From Octopus sinensis (lineage: Eukaryota), in the NCBI RefSeq assembly GCF_006345805.1, contig NC_043008.1:67456001-67520000 (forward strand): 64,000 nt of DNA. Reading direction: 5' to 3'. Positions 1-12,847 of the stretch are shown piece by piece. Numbering within the stretch: position 1 is the stretch's first letter; each line of letters opens with the position of its first letter. The translations under genes and the position numbers were made by a program. The notes under the pieces were generated by a model. The model was not told the origin of the DNA, did not search any database, and saw only the letters and a program-made list of their open reading frames with translations.

Positions 1-335
1 AAATTATCATGATGACATCTATGGTTCAACTCTAAATATATTCACAAATTCGCCCTACATATTTAAGATGTATAGTAGGCAAGATCACAGTAATTTGGTC
101 GGTTAAAGGAAAACAACAGTTCAAGGATTAGTGTTATGGTGCTATTCTTTACACAGGAATTTGACATGTGAATGCGGTTAAAAAGAAAACAACAGGAAAT
201 ACAATACCATAAGTAAATGCACAAAAAACCAACCAATGACGAACATTTTAATGTCTTTTATTTAATACACATGTTAAAAAAAACACTTGATCTAAAATAA
301 ACAAAACTTGAAAATCAGTACATGTTTTTGCTTAC

Positions 336-400
336 CCACAGTATCCAACTTTGAATTCTCCAGTCATGGTTAAAAACTCATACTCCATCTGCAATATTAA

Positions 401-487
<87 letters not shown>

Positions 488-634
488 AGAATTCACAAAG
501 AAACAAAAGACGAAGACAGGTGGTGTAGACAACAAACAGATGTATTAGTTTAACGCTCGGGAAGTGAAAAAGTCTTTAACGTTTCGAGCCAACGCTCTTC
601 CACAGAAAGGAACACAGAAATAAATAACGAGAGA

Positions 635-699
<65 letters not shown>

Positions 700-880
700 A
701 AGGATGAAAAGGGACACACGAGTTGATATATATGAAAAAGTCCTCTTCAACTGTAACTATTAAATAATTAAATTTAATTATTTAATAGTTACAGTTGAAG
801 AGGTTTCAAATGATCGAAACCGCTACTGAAATGTTCTTTATAGAATTATTTTAGCATTTTCTATCTTGACTTGTTCTTTC

Positions 881-958
<78 letters not shown>

Positions 959-959
959 G

Positions 960-1014
<55 letters not shown>

Positions 1015-1060
1015 TACACGTATGTATATATATATATATATATATATACACGTATGTATA

Positions 1061-1103
<43 letters not shown>

Positions 1104-2073
1104 GTATTATATAATATATATATATATATATATATACACGTATGTATGTGTGAGTGAGTATATCTATCCATCTCTGTGTGCGTGTTTCTTTCTCGTCCAT
1201 GATATCCAAGCTGGCTTTTTCCCTTGCTCTCGCCCTCGCTGTCGCGCTTGCCCCTACCTCTCCAACACCACCATTCTCACGGGCACTCACCACTGACTCC
1301 TTTACCTGCACCGGCAGTATCTTTTGTTCTCTTTCTCGCTGCATCTATCGTGTCTCTTGCTCTCTCTGTCCTTCGCGCTACATTGGTCAAACGGGACGCA
1401 TCTTGGCCGACCGGTTCACTGAGTATCTCCGAGACATCAGACCCAGCAATGACATCTAGACCAGTTATTTTCCCGATTTTTGTGTTTTCCAGAGCTCTTT
1501 CTACCCTACTTCTTAGTAGTTAAGATTCTTTCTCAAACATTAAATTTGTGTCAAACACGGCAGCCATTGTATATTATTGAAAATTAAGAGACATATCAAG
1601 ACAATAAATAACTATAAGGACTTTCGTTGACAGAGAAATCTCATGTTTGGTGGGGGAATATTACGGATGTAATTTTTACAAAACCTATCAACATTAAAAA
1701 AAATTAAAATTGCATGGTGGTAAAAATGTGTCAACCCTATATAATGCTCCGACAATGTCAGCATTTACAGGGCATTTAAAATATATGTGCCAACATGTTT
1801 GCTAACGTCTACGAAGTCCCTAAGACCATCGATACCATACTGACATCAAAATATATATAGGCGTGCTGTATAAGCCAAATAAAGTCATCTTAAAATAGTA
1901 AGGATTTTCTAGTTTATAAAATATTTTCTTTATTTGTATTCTTGAAGCCGATTAGGCGAAACTTTAAAGTCAGTTATCTTTTAAAATAAATAAATAATAC
2001 TTGCTCCTAAAAGTATTGATTTCATAACTTAGTTGATGTTTTGCTCATGTTCTATATAACACACACACATAAG

Positions 2074-2114
<41 letters not shown>

Positions 2115-2736
2115 GAAGGGAGGGAGAGAGAAAATGATTGGTTACTCACAGCTCTAGATATGTTTTCAGCAGGGCTATCGGATGCAGAATATGGATTCAT
2201 AGTGTAAATTAGATCGAGTACAAATGAATTGATCCAGCCTATGGAAATACATACAAATACAACAGAATTATTGCGATTATCAATGAGACACACATCATAG
2301 ATGCACTGAGTGTAATACCTAATGAAGCTAATAATATAAATATATCTATGATAAAGGTGTGGTGATTAGAGCAGGGAGCTATTAACAGATTCACATCATT
2401 TGAAACTGGAAAATGCATTAAAGACCACACAATGCCGTTTGTTCTGTCAATAGTAGCAGAGAGATTATAGAGTTAACTGGCCTGGAAATCAGTAAATGCT
2501 TGGACAGTTTCTATTATGTTATTTAAGTTCTTCAAAAGTACAACATTGCCATTAATAGTTGTCAGTAGGTAACGGGAGCACGTGAAGATCGACGAGTGTG
2601 TTGTTACCTCATAGACCCGAGTTTATCTCTCTGTTGAGAGTATATCATAGACAAACGAGGGCACAACTATATTGAACTCTCTAAATACATGATATTATGA
2701 CGAAGACAGTTATTAGAAAGGTATTTACGATATTTC
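336..2736 (-). CDS. Putative multi-exon fragment of a multi-pass membrane protein (class-B/adhesion GPCR-like TM2-ECL2)
   Basis: Candidate AG/GT-bounded exons 2736-2689 (weak), 2405-2319, 2238-2150, 1888-1841 and 388-336 have compatible phases. They splice to ...[108 protein letters not shown]. The C...F.LAS..W and G...P patterns and the ECL2 Cys resemble family-B 7TM helices 3-4. Confidence 0.4.
405..485. repeat. (TA)n microsatellite (representative of many in the window)
   Basis: Pure TA run; similar runs at about 635-695, 884-1135, 7240-7385, 15393-15562 and 54690-54777. Confidence 0.95.
486..634 (-). mobile_element. Penelope-like pLTR fragment with a minimal hammerhead-like motif
   Basis: Minus strand 574-609 reads cttt-CTGTGGA-AGAGC-gttg-GCTC-GAAA-CG-TT-aaag, a minimal type-I hammerhead layout with a variant core. 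Embedded in (TA)n. Confidence 0.55.
742..803. repeat. Perfect 62-bp palindrome (fold-back), probably a Penelope inverted terminus
   Basis: cctcttcaactgtaactattaaataattaaa is followed immediately by its exact reverse complement. The right arm runs into a degenerate hammerhead-like motif (792-828). Confidence 0.85.
1160..1458 (+). mobile_element. Penelope-like element, GIY-YIG endonuclease remnant
   Basis: [13 protein letters not shown]...FTCT...[29 protein letters not shown] matches the CxxC plus IY/YIG plus R.L..RF.EH layout of PLE endonucleases; frameshifted. Confidence 0.85.
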
Positions 2737-2962
2737 CTATAAAAAATGCATCTCTTTGGATGACCAAAGCCTTACCATAATACAATACTCACACACACAC
2801 ATATAAACACAGACACATACACATTACATGCATGTAGCGTATATAGATTTATAAGCACGTGTATGTACCTGTGCACGCATGTGTGCGTCGAATATGTATA
2901 CATAATCACCACACTAGTCATGACAGCTAACTCGCAAATCCACACTCCTTGTAAATGCACAC

Positions 2963-4765
2963 CAGTGGAGTAGCTAGGGCAAACCGCGCCCTGGGCAAGC
3001 CGCAAAAATGCCCCCCACCTCCAATTACAAAATCCACGATATTATATAATTCTTATTTGTTACAAGTAATTAATGTTTTAAGGCAATATTTCAGGAATAA
3101 ATACTTTACCAGGGTTCATTTACCTCCCGGTTTGGTACAGCCTGTAATTCAAAATATATTTTTTGAATGTTTACTTCTACGATACCTCCTTATTTTAACC
3201 GTTTGATGCACCAGTTTCCACTATTGAAACATTAAAGAACCTAATGTGTGAAATGAGATGTAATAAAAAAATACATTTGTTTAAAGTCTCATCTTTCTTG
3301 CTTTTGATGAGACGAATTGATCAAATATATCTTCAAAATCAATTTCCTTTGTCTCTTCACTTTCAATGCTCAGAAGAGTAAGATCATGCATGCAGTCCTG
3401 CAACATTGATGTCTGCAAATAAGATAGGATTTACTTCAACTTACTGAACGATCGCAATTGATACAGCTATTGTGGCAGGTATCTGAAGGCCAATGCACAA
3501 ATTCGGAAAAATGTTATCTCCATATCGAACAGTGAGTTTTTCTCGAGATTTTGTTCGAGTTGAGAGCAATACCTGGCAATCAATCATTCCCTCAAAAAGC
3601 TGTTTGCCGTCAATGTCGCCACAGTAATGAGAAGCAAATAAATCACATTTTGATCGAAGGCCAACTTCGTTAGGATGTGTTGGATAGCAAAGAGAGTGGA
3701 TATCAAGGAGGAATCCGAACTTAGCATCGATATCGTTAAGATGGACGAATGTTTGTTCCATTTCTGATTGAAAACGATGAAGAACAGCATTCATAATGGT
3801 ATCCATCTCATTGGTTGATGCTAACTTTTCATCTTCGTCATCATCAAGAGGTAGTCTTTTTTGTCTCCCTCGACGCTTTTTGATTTCTGCGTTCCACATT
3901 TAACAAAGATCAATGCCTTCTTCTAGTGACTGGTGGATAATAATTCGTCCGTCTTTTAAAAGCTGCTGTTGAAGGGCTTTGAGATCATCTGCGGCAACTC
4001 GGAAATTCATTTCAGGAACTTGCAACCGCTGCTGAGCGCGAACGATGCGAGCGAGAACCCAGTTCCAAAATTCAACCAATGCCAAACAATTAAACGTTAA
4101 CATTCGGTTAAGAAGATTGACGGCATCACAGCGCGTATCGGTTATCTTATCATCATTATCCGTCAAATTTCCGATGAGATGAAAAAGTTCATTGAAGAAG
4201 TCCGGAACAGTCTTTACGGCTTTTGTTCTTGCACTCCACTTTGTGTCCGATGGAAACTTGAGAACAAGAGGGATAGCCTGCTTCAGTTTTTCCCAACGCC
4301 GCGTTAATTGAGAAAAGAAGGCGAACATCTAATCAATAACATTAAAAAACGAAATGACAGCTATATCACCTTTTGCTGCATTCAAATCAACAAGATTCAG
4401 TGACCGATTGTCACAGTTCACGAATAAAACTTGACTATTCAATTCCTTGATTCTGTGTTGAACACCGCTTATATTCCCGACCATAACTGCAACATTGTCG
4501 TAGCACTGCAGTCAGTGAACGCAATAGTTATCTAATTTATTCAAAATTACCTTAACAACCAATCTGGTGGCGTCCTTTTGGCTAATTTGGAAGAAGCCTA
4601 GAAACGACTCCCGAACACAAATTGTCCTTTTTTTCGAAATCAATGTCGACGTATCTCACGACTTGCGACATTTGTTCTCTATGGGTTTCATTAGGAGTCG
4701 TGTCGATCATCAAAGCGTAGTAACGTACTTTTCGAATGTGTCGAAGCTTCTACTATTGTCTCCAT
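2963..4765 (-). mobile_element. hAT transposon (ZMYM1/Tip100-like), degraded transposase 3' half with terminal repeat
   Basis: ORFs with SDTKWSAR, F...L.FW..VL and FPNLCIGLQI..TIAVS; C-terminal dimerisation remnants LLSIESEE..IDFEDIFDQF. Terminus CAGTGGAGTAGCTAGG at 2963. Confidence 0.85.
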
Positions 4766-5290
4766 ACTGACGACTTCTATTTTCTTTTTTTCATTGGTAT
4801 AAACCCGATACGTGATGGTCCTTCGTTCATGCCACTCTCTTCGTTTTGGTGGCGGTGACAACTCCACTTCACCGCCGACCTTTTTAATAAATGCCTGGTA
4901 GCTTGGCAACTTGGCCAAGTCTATTTCTCTTTCCTCCATTCTTGTCGCTCCTGCGTATGTGTTGCCTAATTGCTTGTCCATTTTCTTTATCGCCTTTTCA
5001 AGTTCTTCTTCAGAAGTCGATAAATCCGACAGACTTTTGAACATACTTCGTCTGGCCATCTCTCCCTTAGGGATGGGGCAGCCCACTTCTTCCTTGTCTG
5101 TCTCAACACAGACAGAAAAAAACCCTAAAAAACCGTGTAACAATAACGTTTAACGATAAAAATTAACAATCAACAATTAAACAGCAACTCACAGGTTCAA
5201 ATAAGAAGCACAATTACACACAACACATAGTACACGGAAACAAATGCACAATTACATACCTGCTACATGCGAAAGACCAGACATTACGTA
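4766..5290 (-). mobile_element. Probable LINE (L1/Tx1-like) 5' UTR and ORF1 N-terminus abutting the hAT remnant
   Basis: Charged, coiled-coil-like ORF MARRSMFKSLSDLSTSEEELEKAIKKMDKQL...RRTITYRVY after a T/G-rich leader; no diagnostic motif. Confidence 0.35.
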
Positions 5291-5940
5291 CGCCCCAAAA
5301 TTCTCATAGATACTGAATGCTACTTTATAAGCATATAATTCAATCTAGCAGCTATAGCAAATGGTATGCGCACAACTCCATCTGGACTAATTCACTTCTG
5401 CACTCAATTAAATTTTTCATCTTTTAATTTCTCCCGTTCATGCAAAGCCACATATTCGAAGTCCTTGATACATTTTATACTAATTGCTATTTTTTCTTTT
5501 AATTGTTATATTACAATTTAATTAGCATTTTAATAAAATAAAATATATTTAATTACTACTTACTATATTTACTATATTTAATTCAATTGTTATTATTACC
5601 TCGAACTTTTATTGCAATTTTTATTTCTAAATTTCTTATGGAACGTCGAGTGGATCTTATGCGTACAATATATTTTTATATGATGTTTATATATTTATAT
5701 ATTACTATATATTTCTAAACGTCGGGCTTTATGTCTGTTCTGTAGATATAAATGAATATATGAATATATGTATGTGTTTGATCTTTCTGTGGATTTTGTA
5801 GTGCTCTTGTAGTTGCTGCTCGCATTGTCTCCCTCGGATTAAAAAATGTATACAGCTCATTTGAGCACTACTATTCTAGTCTGTTATATATTTTGAGCGT
5901 TGTTGTCACTAACGATCTGAAGATATAACTTTATATTTTG

Positions 5941-5990
<50 letters not shown>

Positions 5991-6059
5991 CAATATACAT
6001 ACAATAGAGAGATGTTTTTGTTTCACTTTAAACACGTAATACTGAAATAGTGGAGAAGA

Positions 6060-6245
6060 TATGATGTTGCTGTTGGCTCGCTCTAGGCAAGTAGTTAAAC
6101 ATTTTTTTTGCCCATGACACTACATGGACCCTAAGTAAGGCATGTGTCAAATTTGAATGAAATTGGTTGTGTAGTTCTCAAGTTTTTAGGGAAACACACA
6201 GACAGACAGACACACACACATTCTCAGTTTTATATATATATATAT
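6060..6245 (-). mobile_element. Non-autonomous Helitron 5' fragment
   Basis: Ends in tatatatataaaactgagaatgtgtgt..gtctgtctgtgtg, related in architecture to the copies at 22530 and 46491-46870. Confidence 0.5.
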
Positions 6246-6254
6246 AGTTGAGAT

Positions 6255-6480
6255 ATTTTTCTTTACTGTCCATAAAGGGGCTACACACAAAGGGGACAAA
6301 CAAGGATAGACAAACGGATTAAGTCGATTATATTGACCCCAGTGCGTAACTGATACTTATTTAATCGACTCCGAAAGAATGAAAGGCAAAGTCGACCTCG
6401 GTGGAATTTGAACTCAGAACGTAGCGGCAGACGAAATACCGCTAAGCATTTCGCTCCGGCGTACTAACGTTTCTGCCAAG
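6255..6480 (-). mobile_element. tRNA-derived SINE with Deu/Nin-like central domain
   Basis: B box GAGTTCAAATTCC, central GCCTTTCAT.CTTTCGG.GTCGAT.AAATAAGTA.CAG and tail tgtccccttt gtgtgtagccccttt..gtaaagaaa. Confidence 0.8.
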
Positions 6481-6543
6481 CTTCTTGCCACACAGCAACG
6501 CCTGCGCGTACTGTAGCCGCCCCTGCACCTACACACACACACA

Positions 6544-6591
<48 letters not shown>

Positions 6592-6943
6592 CCACGCATT
6601 CAGATCTGTATATGTATGCATCTATATGCGTGTGTCTCAGGTGTGGTGGTTGTTACGTCTCTGCAGTCGCCAGAAGTTGAGAATATCTTTTGTCGTTATA
6701 TTTTGACGTAACTTGAGAAACTCTCTTATGAAAGAAATTCTTTAACGTGGGAAAGTCTGTTGTTAATTATGGTAGCAGTGGTGGCGGTTATGGTGGTGGA
6801 GGTGGTGTCGTGTGCGTTCGCGCGCGTGTGTGTTGATGGTTGAAGTGATGTAAGCGTGGTGGTGGCTGTGGTGGTATTTGTGGTGATGGTGGTGATGGTT
6901 GCTGTGATGATGGTTGTTGTGGTCGTGGTTGTGGTAGAGAATG

Positions 6944-7120
6944 GATCGAAGGTATCATCAATCTCTTTTGTTTAGATCGAAGATAGTGTTAGATCTTTTG
7001 ATGGACCCATGATATCATCAACCTACTTTCATAGGTCAATGATATCATAGAACTCCTTTGATAGATCGAAGATATATCACGGACCACATGCATAGATTGA
7101 AGATATCATCAATCGCCTTT
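6944..7120. repeat. Degenerate ~30-bp minisatellite
   Basis: About six imperfect units of gatagatcgaagatatcatcaatctcttt. Confidence 0.55.
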
Positions 7121-7125
7121 AATGG

Positions 7126-7597
<472 letters not shown>

Positions 7598-7938
7598 ATA
7601 TATACATACAAAACCGAACACACCTACACAAGGTATGTGTGTTGTTAGTTTGGGGATCGGGTGCAGTTTCTAGGTGTAAGAGAATAAATTCTCTATGCGC
7701 CTGGTGTAAAAAGAACACCGGAATGCAAGTCACAGACAACTCACATCAAGTCTTTTCTCGAAGCGACAGACGTTGATGTTTCGTCATGGCTTTGCTTGCA
7801 TGTAACTTTCACCAGGCGTTTAAAGATATATATTCCCTTACGCCTAAAAACCACAGATCACTCACGAACTAAGAGCACACATATTTTAGGTTGGTTAGAA
7901 TATGTTTGTGGCATATTTCAGCTGCTAAAAAGCAAACA

Positions 7939-8019
<81 letters not shown>

Positions 8020-8699
8020 CACACACACACACACCCACGGCAGTAACAGCAGTAGCAGCAGTAACAACAACAACAACCACCACCACCACCACTACAGCCA
8101 ACATGCACAAATCAACAATGTTATCTCGCTATCTACTAGAAACAGTGACGAAATCTCTCCCAAACACACTTCTACTCTTAGAAAAGGAGATATTAAATAA
8201 CGTTTTCCTGAAATGTCAGTACACTGGAAAACGACGGGATGGTCACAGCCAGTATACCTACGGTCATAGGTTTGCTTCATCGGAGTAGGCCTAGAGGTAA
8301 ACATCAACAACAACAATAATAATATCATCATCATCAACAACAACAACAACAACAACAACATGGAAACATTTCTGATCGCTCGATCCGCTAGAAATAGTAA
8401 TCAAATCAATGTGCCCTCCAAATTACATATTCTATAGTTTTGAAAGAGAAAAGATACGTTGTAATGATACGATTTTGATATACTACGTCTAAAATTAGGT
8501 TCGTCATGGTCAGAACGCACTTCAGCATAGGTTTGGTCTTTGAGGATCACCTGAGATTAAACACAACAACAACAACACATTCTGTGTGAAATGATTCAAA
8601 GATATTTGTTTATGAAACACAAAACAGTAAAATTGTTGTATGATATATTGTGACGGGAATATAACAATGAAGAAAGAAAACGAACAGAAAGCTACTTAC

Positions 8700-8882
8700 G
8701 GATGACTTCTACTTCACACAAGGACAAAGAGGCGTATTCCTTGGCAGTTTGGATACAAACAGTTTCACCAACCAACGGACGTTGACAAGATATATGAAGA
8801 ATAGTTTCAGTTGATTTGCTTTCGTAGCATAACTGGGAACAGGGATCGTTTTTATCCCCGACAAATACATTCAAACCGTAAT
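8700..8882 (-). CDS. Exon: C-terminal half of F-type lectin (fucolectin/F5-8C-like) domain
   Basis: ttccattag|AT...ATC C|gtaagt; encodes (H)YGLNVFVGDKNDPCSQLCYESKSTETILHISCQRPLVGETVCIQTAKEYASLSLCEVEVI with the diagnostic C..P..G..V.I and LSLCEVEV ending; phase 1/1. Confidence 0.9.
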
Positions 8883-9469
8883 CTAATGGAAATAAACAAC
8901 AAAAGTAGAACCTTACTGATTATGCATTTTAAACAAAGATATTTTTGGTGTTTAGAAAGATTAAAATGATTTGGTTTCAGAAACGTACATTAAGTCCACT
9001 GCAGGTTGAGCACAGAAATGAGGTAGAGTGTCGTTTTAAGGTATGGACACTAGGCAGTCGTTAGAGATTGCCATAGGTCAACGGGTCCATTTCAGATCTA
9101 TGGTTGCTGTGGCTTGTTGTCAATAAAAAAATACTAATGGACCCCGTGCATTGATTTTCCCGGGGGAAAATCATTGCCACCAAGATAGCCCTGGTGTGGT
9201 ATGAAATAACATACAATAAAACATTAAGTTATGCTACTTTACAACCATGTATGTTAACAATGAATAGTGGTTTACTTTTTTTTAAACAACAAATAGGAAT
9301 TAAAATCAGCATGTAGGGTTTAAAGGGAGAAGTAAAAATGATCTTCTTTTCACAAAGCAACTATGTCGTGGTGTATTATGGAAGCAATAGTTGATAGGAC
9401 AACAGTAAAAGAATGGCGTGAAAGCAGACAACAGCAGTTAAGCAGTTCACTTCACCGAATGAAGACAGT

Positions 9470-9830
9470 GGAAAAGCTCATCAGTGAAGCTCTATTTACA
9501 GATTACTACGCTCTGATGACACACAAGGAAAATCACCGTAGACCATTGTCGACCGATTTGCAGAAGCGTCAAAGCTCTTTAGACTGACCATCAACCTTGA
9601 GAAAACAGAAGTCGTTGTCAAAGCAGCCCCGAACGAAATTCGTCACCAGCCAAACATCACGATTGATGAAGTCCAGCTGAAGTGTTTTGAGAGATTCAAG
9701 GACCCTGGCGGCACAATTTCAGGAGATGGATCACTGGACAGCGAAATCTCTTCCAGAATCCACTAGGACAGCGAAGAACTTGGAAGACAGAAAGTGGGAG
9801 TCCCCCAGTAGAAAGGCATCAGACCGTTGA
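9470..9830 (+). mobile_element. RTE/BovB-type LINE RT C-terminal remnant
   Basis: EALF.D..AL, LTINLEKTEV, ITIDEVQLK..ERFK..GGTISGDGSLDSEISSRI. Confidence 0.8.
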
Positions 9831-9881
9831 TGCAAAATTTAGGTTAGTTAAAATATGTTTGTGACATATTTCAGCTGCTAA

Positions 9882-9936
<55 letters not shown>

Positions 9937-10019
9937 ACACACACACGTATCCGTTATATGTAATAGAAGTCATATCAAACTAATATAGTCATTTATGTGT
10001 CATAAAAGAATAACGGGTA

Positions 10020-10340
10020 AAAATCTCCTTTCAGTCACGAACGACAATGGGTTTCACCTGGAAAGTTCCCCACTGACGCACAAGTCCGAACAAGATTGTT
10101 TATGGAAGATCAGCATCGCTCATTTCTTCACGCCACTCACGTCCTCCAAGGGAAAAGCGAAGTCCAATACAGCCTGGCACCAGTGACGTTCTTTCTCATT
10201 TCTACAGCTAAGTGTACTGGAGCAACGTGAAATAAACTGTCTTGTTCAACAACACAATACACAGCCGAATCATGGAATCAAACTTACAACCTCACAATTG
10301 TAAGCACGACACTCTAACCACTAAGCCGTGAGCTTTCACA
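10020..10340 (-). mobile_element. Degenerate tRNA-derived SINE
   Basis: Head ggcttagtggttagagtgtcg..gtttgattcc resembles the copies at 12532 and 24412. Confidence 0.65.
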
Positions 10341-10609
10341 TATGTATCATACTTAATGTAAATTCATCGTTGAAAGGCAATTTACTGCAGTATTCATCCA
10401 AAACTTATGTGTTTTGTGGATGTTCTGTCTTTAAAAACATATAACGGAAGGAAGCAAAAATTGTTCCAGCATCGGCTAGCGAGAGCGTCAGATGCTTTTC
10501 GGCCTCAACAATGGGATGCATTTATAGCTAGCCACATTCCTAGACAAAATACCTCACCTTCGATGAATAGGAAGCAGTAAATAAAACATTCCCCGTTAGG
10601 TTATAGAAA

Positions 10610-11285
10610 CGTGTGTGTGCACAAGTGAAATTTTGCAACACCACTACATCACATATAGAAAATAACATTGCTTAAATGGCAGCCATTTTCGACTCTGCAC
10701 GCCCCTGTCCTTCCAAAACTTGCACCATAACACCCTCAAGAGTTTCAGACCCAATTTCTCTGATTTCTCTATTGATGTTCTCCGGACTATTCAAGTCTGG
10801 AGAACGTGAAAGCCAGTTGACATTGCCGTAGCGAGAGATTATTTTCTCTCCAAAGTCCTGCCGTAGCAACTGCATTGTTTCTCTTGTAGTATAAGCAGTT
10901 GCCCCATCTTGCCGGAACCATATATGAGGTCTACTTTGAAAATGGCCTTCACGTTCTCCAGAGAGGATTTACGTCAACAAACAGGAGACCCTGGTGCAGC
11001 TGAAGGAGAAAATCAATAGAGAAATTAGAGAAGTGGGGTTCTGAAACTCTTGAGGGTGTTTTGCTGCAAGTTTTAGAAAGAGCACGAGCATGCATAGCCG
11101 AAAATGGCTGCCATTTAAGCGATGTCATTTTTCATATGTGATACAGAGGCGTTGCAAAATTTGGCGTGTGTATATTGATTTCCATTATATCCTTTATATT
11201 GTATCAAAATTTTATGCATTTATTTGTAAAGTTAAGGAAGTTATTAAAAACTGAAACCCATCAGTGACTTCTGGGACACTCTGTA
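10610..11285. mobile_element. Tc1/mariner-type transposon remnants in inverted arrangement
   Basis: Minus strand WFRQDGATAYT...NWLSRSPDLN (DDE/D core). 10630-10783 and 11005-11160 are diverged inverted copies. The right end reads ...gggacactctg|ta. Confidence 0.8.
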
Positions 11286-11355
11286 TACAGATAGATATAA
11301 ATATAAATATATACATGTAAAAATGTATTTATCTGTATGTGTGAATTTGTATGTG

Positions 11356-11411
<56 letters not shown>

Positions 11412-11717
11412 GTGTGTGTGTGTGCGTGTAGATCGGTGTGGGACCGATATAATGGGTTGTCTTATGACGAAAGGAGTAAAATAATAAAATACTTACAAAC
11501 ATAGGAAACATTGATTTCAAATAATGACGCAGAGCCACACATTTTGTGCGGAGTAGTGATGGGGGTGGCGGCGGTAGATTATATTCACAACATCCACCCG
11601 GACTTGACTAAAGCCACCCGGATACTTTGCGCATATTGATTGAATAAATTGACAGTTTTACTCTTGGGTGGTACTGCTACTTAAGGTATACCACATAGCT
11701 GTCTGGGTGACAGTAAA

Positions 11718-11755
<38 letters not shown>

Positions 11756-11763
11756 ACACCACC

Positions 11764-11818
<55 letters not shown>

Positions 11819-12145
11819 TTGCTATTACTACTACTACTACTGCTGCTGTTGCTATTACTACTACTACTACTACTACTACTACTATTACCATCACCGCCAC
11901 CATTAACTCCACCACCACCACCACAACAACAACAACAATGCTCCAACACTACCATTATTACTACTACTACTACTGCTACCACTACTGCTACTACTAACAC
12001 TACTACTACTGCTATTACCATTTCTATTACTACTACTATTACCATCACCACCATCAACTCCACCACAACCAACTCCACCTCTCCCTCCTCCTCCTCCTCC
12101 TCCACCACCATCACCACCACCACCACACTCCCAGCCCCACCACCA
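11718..12145. repeat. Compound trinucleotide microsatellite (TAC/CAC/TGC/CTC/AAC)
   Basis: Seen directly in the sequence. Confidence 0.95.
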
Positions 12146-12206
12146 CGATCGCTAGTCCTACTAAGCAATCTGTGTTTTGCGTGTGGTTAAAAACTTCTCT
12201 ACTTAC

Positions 12207-12458
12207 GGAAGAAACTGTGAGCGTATATCCTAATCTGGTTTATAGTATAATTCCTGTCCAGTATCACATACCAATAACTTTTGCTGGAACTTTCCTGCGT
12301 GCGACTACACGACTTGTGCTGGAAGTTTTGGTTGTATTTGCCATCCACAGCAAAACCTGCTGTGGCCAAATACTTGGAGTTGCAAAGTTTACGACCATCC
12401 ATGAATTTAACTTCAAAATCAGACGACTGGAAAGCTGGTCGGCCAAGGGCAATGTTTT
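12207..12458 (-). CDS. Exon: N-terminal half of F-type lectin domain
   Basis: atatttcag|AA...TTC C|gtaagt; encodes (E)NIALGRPAFQSSDFEVKFMDGRKLCNSKYLATAGFAVDGKYNQNFQHKSCSRTQESSSKSYWYVILDRNYTINQIRIYAHSFF, matching the NxALxxPAxQSS, AVDG and C..T...W.V.L...I..I.I hallmarks. Confidence 0.92.
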
Positions 12459-12531
12459 CTGAAATATTATATTGAATAATTATGTCTATAAATGTATCAA
12501 ATAATCATAAAATAAATAAATGCGATCTTTT

Positions 12532-12769
12532 GAAAGCCTAGCCAGGTTCATGGGCCCGGTTACCCGGTTTCTATGGCGTATGTGTTCCCCAGCTGGACGG
12601 GACGCTAGTCCATCGCACCTTTACTCATTTTTGCCAGCTGAGTTGACTGGAGAAACGTGAAATGAAATGTTTTGCTCAAGAACACAACGCGTCGCCCGGT
12701 CCAGGAATCGAAACCACAATCGTACGATCATGGTACTGACACCCTAACCACTAAGCCACGCGCCTCCAC
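12532..12769 (-). mobile_element. tRNA-derived SINE with V-domain-like core
   Basis: A box TGGCTTAGTGG, B box GGTTTCGATTCC and central gcgatggactagcgtcccgtccagc. Near-identical opposite-strand copy at 24412-24650. Confidence 0.85.
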
Positions 12770-12847
12770 GTCAAATAATCATATTAATACTATATTAAAT
12801 CAATGATTTATTTTAACATGTTTTAAAGCAATTAATTTTTATATTAA

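Noticed and set aside
351-1344. IYIY, CVCV, THTH and poly-I/N/Y ORFs throughout the track
   Set aside because: They are translations of (TA)n, (CA)n and (TAA)n microsatellites with no coding evidence.
6944-7120. CRISPR-like periodicity
   Set aside because: Degenerate tandem units without unique spacers, eukaryotic context and no cas genes.
8092-8361. Next exon of the lectin gene
   Set aside because: It overlaps a dispersed-repeat-like sequence and the phase or content is not convincing. The candidates at 7745-7843 and 6659-6756 are also unresolved.
11658-12190. Mucin-like Thr/Ser-rich ORFs next to the lectin exon
   Set aside because: Compound trinucleotide repeat lying in the intron beyond a strong GTAAGT donor.
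12690-12769. tRNA genes (also near 24412 and 17149)
   Set aside because: The A/B boxes continue into SINE bodies and no complete cloverleaf is evident.
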